The translations under genes and the position numbers were made by a program. DNA of 32,000 bases from Methylophaga frappieri (GTDB lineage Bacteria; Pseudomonadota; Gammaproteobacteria; Nitrosococcales; Methylophagaceae): contig NC_017856.1 of the NCBI RefSeq assembly GCF_000260965.1, forward strand, positions 540,001-572,000, in the 5' to 3' direction. Positions 25,301 through 32,000 of this stretch are shown here, in pieces (the first letter of the stretch is position 1; each line of letters starts with the position of its first letter). The notes beneath the pieces are model-generated. The model was not told where the DNA came from, did not search any database, and saw only the letters and a program-made list of their open reading frames with translations.

Positions 25301-26080
25301 CCACACCTGCATGTAGTCATCCCATTTGGCGTACTCAAGAACGGCTGAGGTAATCGCATCGGGGTTCACGACTTTGAGTGTGATGGCCTGTTCAAACACT
25401 TTACAACGGCCACTCCAGTAGTTGTCGCCTATTCGTCCAATCCAAACTTCAAGACATCCCTCACCACAAGAGCGAAGGTTCATTGGTCCTGAAACATGCT
25501 CAATAATGCCTGCCGTGTAATCGTGAGTAATAGTGCAGCTGTTAACCGCTGTATTGAGCCTGTCACATTGCTGGTAGTTTGGGCTGCCTTCACCTTGAGA
25601 CTCACAGCCTGGGAAGCTTTGCGTTAATAGATTTGGGTCAGTTTGAACCGCATCGGTTAATGCCCAAAGCGGATCATTGACCATATCTGGCCGAGACCTG
25701 TCTTTGATTTGCTGGAGCGAGCGAAACGCCTCACCCGTAGCGCCATTTTCGGATGCCATGCTCTCTTGGCGCTGCGTCCCCAATTGATTCATACTGGCAT
25801 CAGAGCCATAAACGCCCGTTAAGACATCCAATGAGCCCTGATCCATACCAGGGAAAAGCTCTTGCAAGTTAATCGTCTCATTACCACTGCCATTCGGCAC
25901 CGACAATGTATTGCCATTGAGTGCGGGCATCGCCCAGTTTTGCAGCAATTGCTTACCTTCTTGTTGTCCGCTTAAGCCGGATTGGCGCTGCACATCAGCG
26001 GCCACACCATGTAAGGGCAAGCACGCCATAGTGATTGATAAAACACCCGCTAAAACTCGGGTAAAAAGTGTTGGTTTCAT
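22388..26080 (-). CDS. traN: Conjugative mating-pair stabilisation protein TraN (1230 aa, Cys-rich)
   Basis: It has a signal peptide, many conserved Cys residues, and the C-terminal hallmark KKAVGGIVDCCEKPSG...CCFTSPLSRIIQEQ. SD GGGAGG precedes the ATG at 26080. It follows traU. Confidence 0.85.
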   Translation of the reverse strand: MKPTLFTRVLAGVLSITMACLPLHGVAADVQRQSGLSGQQEGKQLLQNWAMPALNGNTLSVPNGSGNETINLQELFPGMDQGSLDVLTGVYGSDASMNQLGTQRQESMASENGATGEAFRSLQQIKDRSRPDMVNDPLWALTDAVQTDPNLLTQSFPGCESQGEGSPNYQQCDRLNTAVNSCTITHDYTAGIIEHVSGPMNLRSCGEGCLEVWIGRIGDNYWSGRCKVFEQAITLKVVNPDAITSAVLEYAKWDDYMQVWLGDQKVWSGPNNNFPPETAGRCELSTSWERNPNTDLTAKLKAVEPGLEVPVKIRVSVTGSGEGYARIKVRFDPTKVVMNDSWSPQSCIEQAADIPTMFSDYSIQCTDQTSSTNGCTVVNGVSVCESYFGPSPVAGISPLCRRVQVSVDDESYKGIENQACQVLEANPSCGFMSSECAETNDKGECIRFTDTYDCGLQTSDPKCVVSNLIPSSFEACEPTQTITPFTETKHVPDYQVCEKISTLTECQLERRVSAETHQQSWFIERGCFSSETLSFVPQHSSTMQTGYATLRIFDNQNTEIKITESPSKVNGWKTTLSLTGNEETVTETKPSIKYPEMTCPKGTLVGSFCKVVNGSIISWHEPQEVTRSRCESGWNKVDFDTCSREVQKCLAPAKLSASLTFSGKFLEQDIVHQSSDPSIDQCLMQTDQFTAVQWQCLDTGTKRIDGLTVGSGELANLGSLYPAVVSSPAHLTSRGSSDGLGLSCWRARATYNASTAHPEFNMGSSDSWVDANGNTQTIVNNGQNTTTNTCAALEQNPACQYVRTECTEGGAGHEGFCYIQSLVYDCGQSVEVQNARMETQYNCEGPVRCMGTDCLEPESIKQANFAEAAAMLNAAQFMTNDMSCTGADGQDNVECTVFKGNAGQCKKAVGGIVDCCEKPSGVSLSDYITMIVAVNKLDTAVMAMNPSSAIYGSWNTLREPITSTWSAVKEPFVSAWDSLMGAGPSTAAGAGAEQAATGFMQVLTNKTAEWVGTTFGSGAQSALFSNVGGAVGADGVVSGGNFALGGAAGAVLSTVMTAYMIYSVTMILIQLIWKCEQSEFEMNAKRVLKSCHYIGSYCKSKFLGACVEKRQSYCCFTSPLSRIIQEQVRPQLGLGWGSAKSPNCEGLTASQLNQVDWSQVNLDEWIGILSITGNLPEVPSLDLERLTGSGSTLNVDGNRQSAADRTIDRLNGMDTQKLRQEATEEISGNN

Positions 26081-26082
26081 GG

Positions 26083-27111
26083 TTAACCTCCCGAGTTACA
26101 GCAGTCTTGCCAGCGCCACAAAATGTAGAGAGCATCTTCTCCGGCACCTGGGATTGTTCGCCACTCTCCCCATTTCATGGTGCTTTCACCGATGACATGC
26201 GCACTTTCAGTTTCTGGTACAGGGAAGAACATACTCATCTTGTATTGGGATTTCGGTAGCATGGGTTCGATAACAGGTCGACATAGCGCACTGTTCCCCA
26301 TTGTTCGCCTTGCAAGACCACGCCTGTGTTGAGCCGCGATTGCACGCGCCGCTAAAAGGCTGGTGTTTTCTGCTAATGAGCCAAAGGCTAAGGTGTGGCC
26401 AGATAACGGGTAGAGATGGCCCCAACTGCCAGCACACCAAAACAACTGGTCGATGGGTTTACCAAGCGTTGATGAAGCAGCGTCAGCGGTACAAGCCGAA
26501 ATAGCCAATGGATTGGCAACGGCAGCAGCTTCAGGCTGAGTAAAAAAGGCCAGTTCATCGTTCAGCCATGTTGGGTCCAATTCGGACAAATACATCAAGT
26601 CAAAGTCCATGTAACCATCTGCATTGCAATTGCCATCCATGAACAAATCGAGCATGACCAAAAGCGGAAAGGCGTAATAATGGTAATGGTAGAAAGCAAG
26701 ATCACCGGTGTCGTATTCACCCTCGCCATGACCACCTTGCAGTCGTCTATCACCTAACGGTAAACGAACCCCTCCCAGGGAAGGCGAACAACCCGGCGTT
26801 CTGACCAGTTCAATCAGACGCGCTGGCTCCCACATGCTGGTAACAATACCTGGCCTTGGCACACCTAAGTTGTCTTCACATAAGCAAAACGACTTGTTTG
26901 ATGCGCCGCTTGGGACATTGCCAGAGCCAAGAGGAAGACCGGCAACCCGGATAGGAAAAATGCATGACCAGCAAACATCCGTCAGCAACTTGCCGGACAA
27001 TAACCCCGCGTCTGGGCAAGTCAATTCGGCTTTTGCAGGAATAGATGCGCCCAGGACAAGCATGACAACGAGAGTCCGCATCAGACGATACGTATTATTG
27101 AGCTTTTTCAT
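26083..27111 (-). CDS. traU: Conjugative transfer protein TraU
   Basis: It has a signal peptide and the TraU hallmark DVCWSCIFPIRVAG. I place the start at ATG 27111 (MKKL, SD AAGGAG 8 nt upstream). The track start at 27117 is TTG. Confidence 0.85.
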   Translation of the reverse strand: MKKLNNTYRLMRTLVVMLVLGASIPAKAELTCPDAGLLSGKLLTDVCWSCIFPIRVAGLPLGSGNVPSGASNKSFCLCEDNLGVPRPGIVTSMWEPARLIELVRTPGCSPSLGGVRLPLGDRRLQGGHGEGEYDTGDLAFYHYHYYAFPLLVMLDLFMDGNCNADGYMDFDLMYLSELDPTWLNDELAFFTQPEAAAVANPLAISACTADAASSTLGKPIDQLFWCAGSWGHLYPLSGHTLAFGSLAENTSLLAARAIAAQHRRGLARRTMGNSALCRPVIEPMLPKSQYKMSMFFPVPETESAHVIGESTMKWGEWRTIPGAGEDALYILWRWQDCCNSGG

Positions 27112-28222
27112 GAACAAGCTCCTTTGCTGGAATTTCTTCTATTTCAAACGCGAGCCCCTTTGCTTGAACAAACGATGGGGTGACTTGCAAATCAAAGCGC
27201 TGCTTTAGCGAGGCATTGAGAAGGTAAACCGGACTATCCAATGTCTTTTCGAGCGCATTGAGGCTATTCCAACCTTGAGTACGGTCGAGCTGCGTGGTGA
27301 TAAGCGTAATGCGGCGCAGTGTCCTATCTTGCGTCTCAAGCCAATGCGCAACTGCGTCCACTTCTTCAGCGTTCGACGCATTAAACACCACAAGCTGCTG
27401 AGTAAACGGCAAGGCTTTTAGCGGGTTAATACGCGTTCCTGCTGGGATCAATGTTCGGCCATTGGCATCCAATAGTGGCCGCTGCATGACGATGGTTGGA
27501 TCAACCGTTCTTATCCGATACTGCGTGGCTTTGGGTAAGTCAGTGAAAGTTTGGCGAGACCAGAATCGCTCAATGGCTTTTTTCTTTAACGCGCCCAGGT
27601 CAAGCGACTGTAAACGCTGCATCGCCACTTGCATCAAATCCGGTTCTAAAATGGAATGAATAGGACCGCGTTGACCCAATGAACCGGTATTGCCTGTTTC
27701 AATTTGACGCTGCAACCAGTCCTTGCTGTAAACCCCTAGTGCACTTGCAGTCACCTTGTCATCTTCTATGCGGAAAATGGCAGGCACGCTAGTCACCCGC
27801 CAGTGCACAAAGGCTTTCGGATCGATTCGAACCTGAGGAACAGGATCAAGTCCCACCATCAGCGTATGCCAATCACGGATAGCCGCCCCCAAGGTCTTTC
27901 CTTCAGGAATTCCCCGAAACAACACAATAGCGCCGGTAGCACTGGCCTCTTTAAATAGCTGCTTCAGTGAGGAATCACCCAATGAGGACGACGCAAATAT
28001 CAACCATTCATCGCTGTGTTTGAGCGACACAGGTTGTTCAACCGGTGCAAAAGGCTCAATAAATTCAGATGAGCCATCCACAGCACTTTGTAAAATGCTG
28101 CGGCTCATTTCGACGATCTTTTTGTCCTCGTCAGACAACGGAAAAGGCTCTTGTGCCCAGGACACTTGAACCCAAGACAATTGAGCAACCAACAAGAATA
28201 AGAGACATAGTCTTGTCATCAT
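27095..28222 (-). CDS. traW: Conjugative transfer pilus assembly protein TraW
   Basis: The call rests on position between trhF and traU and on the signal peptide MMTRLCLLFLLVAQLSWVQVSWAQEP. I place the start at ATG 28222, preceded by AGGAGGTGG. The track start at 28315 is GTG and overlaps trhF. Confidence 0.7.
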   Translation of the reverse strand: MMTRLCLLFLLVAQLSWVQVSWAQEPFPLSDEDKKIVEMSRSILQSAVDGSSEFIEPFAPVEQPVSLKHSDEWLIFASSSLGDSSLKQLFKEASATGAIVLFRGIPEGKTLGAAIRDWHTLMVGLDPVPQVRIDPKAFVHWRVTSVPAIFRIEDDKVTASALGVYSKDWLQRQIETGNTGSLGQRGPIHSILEPDLMQVAMQRLQSLDLGALKKKAIERFWSRQTFTDLPKATQYRIRTVDPTIVMQRPLLDANGRTLIPAGTRINPLKALPFTQQLVVFNASNAEEVDAVAHWLETQDRTLRRITLITTQLDRTQGWNSLNALEKTLDSPVYLLNASLKQRFDLQVTPSFVQAKGLAFEIEEIPAKELVHEKAQ

Positions 28223-28229
28223 CCACCTC

Positions 28230-28742
28230 CTACAAAAGCGGCCAAGCGCGACCGACAATCTGCTCGCGCTTAACGGCATTCCAATAGCGGGAGTCGAAAC
28301 TCGTTTCGGCCTCACCGGAAAACCAATATTCGTTTTCTTGCAGCGTCAATGAGCGGCTAAATTGTGATTCCGCCACACCAAGACGCTGGGCTAATGCCAT
28401 GCCGGTAGAGACTTCAGCACCGTTCACCAGCACATGCTCAGGAGTCACCTTGACTTCATCCCCAGGCATCCCTGTTAGGCGTTTAAGCATCCGAGTACCG
28501 TCGTTATATAACGGAGCGAGTCCTTTTGAGTGGAAGGCATACAAACCATCCTTAACGGGCTCTTTATTCCATAGATCAATCAGATACACCGTGGTATCAG
28601 GCAGACAGCGCTCTTGCTGGGTATCAATACCTATTCGGTAGCGCATCATGGCGTAGGTGCCTACCATGGCCATGATTAACGCAAGAACGGTCAAACGGAT
28701 GAAATATGGCCGCCAAGGCATTCTTTTACGGAGTATCTGCAT
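28230..28742 (-). CDS. trhF: Conjugative signal-peptidase-like protein (S26 family) TrhF/TraF
   Basis: Signal peptidase boxes: KRLTGMPGDEVKV and YWFSGEAETSFDSRYW. There is an N-terminal TM segment. SD AAGGAGG lies 7 nt upstream. Confidence 0.8.
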   Translation of the reverse strand: MQILRKRMPWRPYFIRLTVLALIMAMVGTYAMMRYRIGIDTQQERCLPDTTVYLIDLWNKEPVKDGLYAFHSKGLAPLYNDGTRMLKRLTGMPGDEVKVTPEHVLVNGAEVSTGMALAQRLGVAESQFSRSLTLQENEYWFSGEAETSFDSRYWNAVKREQIVGRAWPLL

Positions 28743-29073
28743 GAGATACCTCCTTTGAGCCTACTGGCACAAATACGGAATCATCAGCACCCACCACCGC
28801 TTGGGCATCCAGCACGATAAAACCGGCTGCTTTTAGCTTTTCAATTTGTTGATTGGTCTGAAGCAACCTGGATTCGATGTCTTGTTCGCTGGCATTGAGG
28901 CCCAGTGACAACACCGCCTCCCCAAAATCCACGACTGCAATGGGCGTACTTAACGCCAACTGGCTGTGGATGGGTTCGAGTGTTTTCATTAAGAGCCAGC
29001 TGGTCATTAAACCGCTACCAGCAATAGACAAAGTAATAGAGGCCATAAATGGCCAAAGCGTGGTCTTATTCAT
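28726..29073 (-). CDS. Small N-terminally anchored protein, TrbI-like (type-F transfer system)
   Basis: It has an N-terminal TM helix, then IAVVDFGEAV...LLQTNQQIEKLKAAGFIVLDAQAVVGADD, which resembles F TrbI. It lies between traC and the peptidase gene and overlaps both neighbours. Confidence 0.45.
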   Translation of the reverse strand: MNKTTLWPFMASITLSIAGSGLMTSWLLMKTLEPIHSQLALSTPIAVVDFGEAVLSLGLNASEQDIESRLLQTNQQIEKLKAAGFIVLDAQAVVGADDSVFVPVGSKEVSHADTP

Positions 29074-31465
29074 AGCCTCGCTCCTTCAACAACTGAGAGA
29101 TGGCATCAGCAACAGAAAGGCCTTTGCGCGTTAACTGTTTAATCGCGTTTACATCTTCTGCACGGGACGAGTACAACAGCTTGTGAAACGGATCGACAAT
29201 GAGGCGGCCAATCCCGGTGCCCATTTCGGTAATAAAGAAAATTTCGGAATAGACACCCGTGACGGTATGAACCGTTTTTAGGTACTCATAACCGCCTTCA
29301 CCTAGTGGCAAGCGGCCTTCTTTTTTGAGCGCGTTGATGGTTTCAGCTTTTTGACCAAGCAGGTACATATTGGCCGAGTTTTCAGCGATGGCTTTACCTG
29401 TAGGGCTGTCATACAAATCGTTGACCGACTGCGTTACCGTTACAGCACTGCCGCCATATTTTCGAAATCGACGGTAACCCGTCTCGATGAACTTACCGAC
29501 ATCACCTTGAGTCAGCAGATCCCAGGCTTCGTCAATGAACACAATCTTGCGACGATCACGCTCACCTAAGTACATCTCTTGTTGGATTTGGTAGATAAGC
29601 TGAAGCAACACCACTTGTTGCAGGTGCTTGCGTCCCTTGAGCTCTTCTAACTCCAGAACGGTGAAACGGTTTTTGAAGCGAATATTGTTGTGGCCATTAA
29701 AGAAACGGCCATATTCGCCCTGTGTCGTAAACGGATAGAGCTGCTCACCCACGTCTTGCACACGTCGGTCTTCATGATTTTTTAAGGCCTCTGCCACATC
29801 ATCAACCAACATGGCACGACCTTTTTTCTCCCACAGTTCACGGGTCTGACGCTTTAGGTTGGCCATCTGAAAATCAGTTAATGACTGCGTAGGCGCGGCC
29901 ATTGCGGCCAATAATCCAACCAGTACATCCGCTTCTTCGTCATAGTCCTCAACGATTTCAAACGGGTTTAAGCAAATGCCACTATCCCGCCCGAACTGTA
30001 AGAACTCTCCGTCATAAACTTCACACAGCTTTTCATAAGAGCGGCCAACATCAATCACCCAGCATTGCCCGCCTTCTGATAAGTAGGAGGAGATGATTTC
30101 GTTCACCAGGAAAGACTTGCCCGACCCCGATTGCGCCGCGATGCAACAGTTGTAATTACTGCCCGAGTCATAAAGGGACACACTCATGATCTGACCATTA
30201 CGGGAAACAAAGTTAATCACCGGCGTGCCAGTGCCTTTCCAATCCGCAAACAAAGGCAACAGAGGGATGACATGCCGTGTCGCCATGGTCTTGAATCGAA
30301 ACAAGTCGTTCATCGCCTGGCGGTCAGCACCAAATGGCAAGGCATTCAGGAAAATGGGCAAACAGAAGTACTTGTCTTCCATCAGCTCAAATCCGAGCTC
30401 TTTGAAATAGGTTCGAGCATTTGAAACAGAGCTGATGGACGCCTCTTCCGTCGGGGAAAACAGCGTTAAGGTCATATTTGCCCGAATAGGACGATCACCT
30501 TCTTGCAAGGCTTCAAAAAGAACATCGAACCCCTTTTTCTTGGCTGCAAGCACCGGCACAAACTTGAGCATCGGGCCATAGGCCTGATTGACCGCCCATT
30601 GACGCTTCGTCTCTAAACGAGATCGCATCGCCTCAGCTGAGGGAAAGTGAATGGTGACATTTAGCAAAAAGCTGCCGCGTAAACCGCGACTGCCCGTCAT
30701 CATATCGCCCGCAAAACTTGCGGCATGACCAAACCAGATCCGCTCAGGCAAGCGCTTAAACGATAAGGTTTTAACTCGGTAATCACCCAGCATCAGACCT
30801 TGGCTATCCACCTTGATAGATCGGTCATAATCCAACACTTGCTCTCGAAGTGGTTTATCTGCCTCACTGCGGATTGGAGATGGATTACGCCAAGAAGCAT
30901 CTTTTCCCCAGTTAAGTTGCGCACTTAATGCCGCGAGCCAATTTCGGTCAGTCATCTCAGTGACGCGAAAACCAACCGTTGCCAACGCCTGCGAGAAAGA
31001 AGCCCGAAGCGCGGATGCTCGACTCAACTCACGCTCCGTCGGTATAGGACTTTCCAAAGGCAATTTGCAGGTGACGATCAGTTGAAAGTTGCGTACCTGA
31101 GTCTGGGTCGATTCTTCTATCGGTTGAACCGTGCCCCCATCGAGGAAATCCGCACGTTTGCGTATCGACGCCCTAAGCAATGGATCGGATTGACGATGCC
31201 GTAAGCCCATCATGCGCTGAAGGTCGGTTTGAATATCAGGCGAGGCGTACAGGCCAAATTGCAGCAAAGTGTCTTTTGGCCAGTCGTTGTTGAGTAGAAC
31301 ATTAACCCTGTCTGCAACAGACTCATCACCACCCGGCAATGGGTCACATAGAAAACCAAAGCCAACACTCTGGTCTTCCATGAAAAACAGTTGCTCATCG
31401 TCGGAATAGGCCAATACTGGCAACAGCTCTGAAGCGCGTTGCCCTGAATACAGAGAGGCTTTCAT
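29066..31465 (-). CDS. traC: Conjugative transfer ATPase TraC (VirB4 family)
   Basis: Walker A is AAQSGSGKSF and Walker B context is KIVFIDEAWDLL. The size is ~800 aa. I place the start at ATG 31465 (MKASLY), which overlaps the dsbC-like TAA stop (TAATG), with GGAGG 8 nt upstream. The track start at 31483 is TTG. Confidence 0.9.
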   Translation of the reverse strand: MKASLYSGQRASELLPVLAYSDDEQLFFMEDQSVGFGFLCDPLPGGDESVADRVNVLLNNDWPKDTLLQFGLYASPDIQTDLQRMMGLRHRQSDPLLRASIRKRADFLDGGTVQPIEESTQTQVRNFQLIVTCKLPLESPIPTERELSRASALRASFSQALATVGFRVTEMTDRNWLAALSAQLNWGKDASWRNPSPIRSEADKPLREQVLDYDRSIKVDSQGLMLGDYRVKTLSFKRLPERIWFGHAASFAGDMMTGSRGLRGSFLLNVTIHFPSAEAMRSRLETKRQWAVNQAYGPMLKFVPVLAAKKKGFDVLFEALQEGDRPIRANMTLTLFSPTEEASISSVSNARTYFKELGFELMEDKYFCLPIFLNALPFGADRQAMNDLFRFKTMATRHVIPLLPLFADWKGTGTPVINFVSRNGQIMSVSLYDSGSNYNCCIAAQSGSGKSFLVNEIISSYLSEGGQCWVIDVGRSYEKLCEVYDGEFLQFGRDSGICLNPFEIVEDYDEEADVLVGLLAAMAAPTQSLTDFQMANLKRQTRELWEKKGRAMLVDDVAEALKNHEDRRVQDVGEQLYPFTTQGEYGRFFNGHNNIRFKNRFTVLELEELKGRKHLQQVVLLQLIYQIQQEMYLGERDRRKIVFIDEAWDLLTQGDVGKFIETGYRRFRKYGGSAVTVTQSVNDLYDSPTGKAIAENSANMYLLGQKAETINALKKEGRLPLGEGGYEYLKTVHTVTGVYSEIFFITEMGTGIGRLIVDPFHKLLYSSRAEDVNAIKQLTRKGLSVADAISQLLKERGYE

Positions 31466-31998
31466 TACCGCCCCTCCAACCAAGCAGAAAGGTCATAAGG
31501 ACGGCCTCGGCTGATGCGACCATCATTGGCGACGATGAAAGGCACACCTTGAATGCCCAGGATTTGAGCTGTAACCAAGGTACGCTGCATTGGTTCTAGG
31601 TCGCAGGCATCATCCTGTTCTAGGTTACCAATCCGGCCATTCAGCAATGCATCGGTGGCCGCTTTCTTGTCACGCGCACAGCCAAGCTGGCGAACCTGAC
31701 GCTCTGAATCAGGACCAAGCACTGGCACAGGGAGAATTTGGAAGGTGTATTCTTTGGTTAACGGTAAGGCTTGTTTCAAAAGCTCATGGCAATGCGGGCA
31801 TCGTGGGTCAACAAAGACCACCACTTTCTTTTTGCCTTCACCCAGCGTCAGTGGATTCAAATCATCCATTTTTAAGCCAAGACGACTTAAGTCCAGCGTG
31901 TTTCCCGCTTCTCGAATTTCTTCAAGGCTAGTAAGCGGCTTTTTCGACCAGGCATCATAGAGCGTGCCATCAATGACGAACCGGCCACTGTCTGACAT
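31465..31998 (-). CDS. dsbC: DsbC-like thiol:disulfide interchange protein, probably N-terminally incomplete at the window edge
   Basis: Thioredoxin-fold active site VFVDPRCPHCHEL. No signal peptide follows the first in-window Met, and the frame is still open at base 32000. Confidence 0.75.
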   Translation of the reverse strand: MSDSGRFVIDGTLYDAWSKKPLTSLEEIREAGNTLDLSRLGLKMDDLNPLTLGEGKKKVVVFVDPRCPHCHELLKQALPLTKEYTFQILPVPVLGPDSERQVRQLGCARDKKAATDALLNGRIGNLEQDDACDLEPMQRTLVTAQILGIQGVPFIVANDGRISRGRPYDLSAWLEGR

Positions 31999-32000
31999 GA

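Larger units (their letters stand above)
2808..32000. mobile_element. Segment of an integrated SXT/R391-IncA/C-type conjugative element (F-type T4SS genes plus ssb-bet-exo-cobS core and two cargo regions); right end outside window, left end is a truncation scar
   Basis: The collinear gene order dsbC-traC-(trbI-like)-trhF-traW-traU-traN / cargo / s063-like-ssb-bet-exo-cobS-...-vWA matches the SXT/R391 core layout. Flanking chromosomal-type genes (ycgB, fhaB fragment) lie at 1..2807. Confidence 0.75.

Noticed and set aside
22388-31483. Numerous 60-170 aa ORFs inside or antisense to traN, traU, traW and traC (for example 23004..23231, 24556..24864, 26207..26440, 27205..27393, 29351..29569, 30131..30424, 31210..31398)
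   Set aside because: All are nested in long ORFs with diagnostic Tra-protein motifs. None has its own ribosome-binding site or intergenic space.

Overview
Most of this window (about 2808..32000) is one arm of an integrated conjugative element of the SXT/R391-IncA/C type (MOBH relaxase group, F-type mating-pair formation). It is read on the minus strand. Gene order from high to low coordinates: dsbC-like (partial), traC, trbI-like, trhF, traW, traU, traN. Next comes a ~6.7 kb cargo insertion at the traN/s063 position (hotspot HS4 in SXT nomenclature, recalled from memory). Then follows the conserved recombination/unknown-function operon: s063-like, ssb, bet, a 47-aa ORF, exo, cobS-like AAA+, WGR-like, two hypotheticals, and a vWA/HExxH protein. 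After that come radC, a 113-aa ORF and a zinc-ribbon/Toprim primase-like gene, closed by a clear rho-independent terminator. Further left is a small separate unit: a 244-aa unknown, an excisionase-type HTH protein and a DUF4145-helicase fragment. That fragment abuts, at about 2800-2807, a truncated two-partner-secretion exoprotein gene (fhaB/cdiA-like) and a chromosomal SpoVR/ycgB gene. The main candidate for something undescribed is the HS4 cargo. It holds a GT2 glycosyltransferase, a 1026-aa fusion (GT2, kinase-like, GT-A-like, GT2), a CstII/GT42-like protein and a radical-SAM protein, with no exporter or sugar-nucleotide genes. The second notable signal is a two-hairpin intercistronic element repeated about 9 times; it fills almost every gap of the ssb-bet-exo-cobS-vWA-radC operon and buries each Shine-Dalgarno. 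Other points: a shared C-terminal S-x-(F/Y)-Y-F tail on three operon proteins, an SSB without the canonical acidic IPF tip, and a back-to-back double truncation scar. All family assignments come from motifs read by eye; no searches were run. No rRNA or CRISPR was seen, and no tRNA-like sequence was seen in the larger non-coding gaps (only those gaps were scanned).
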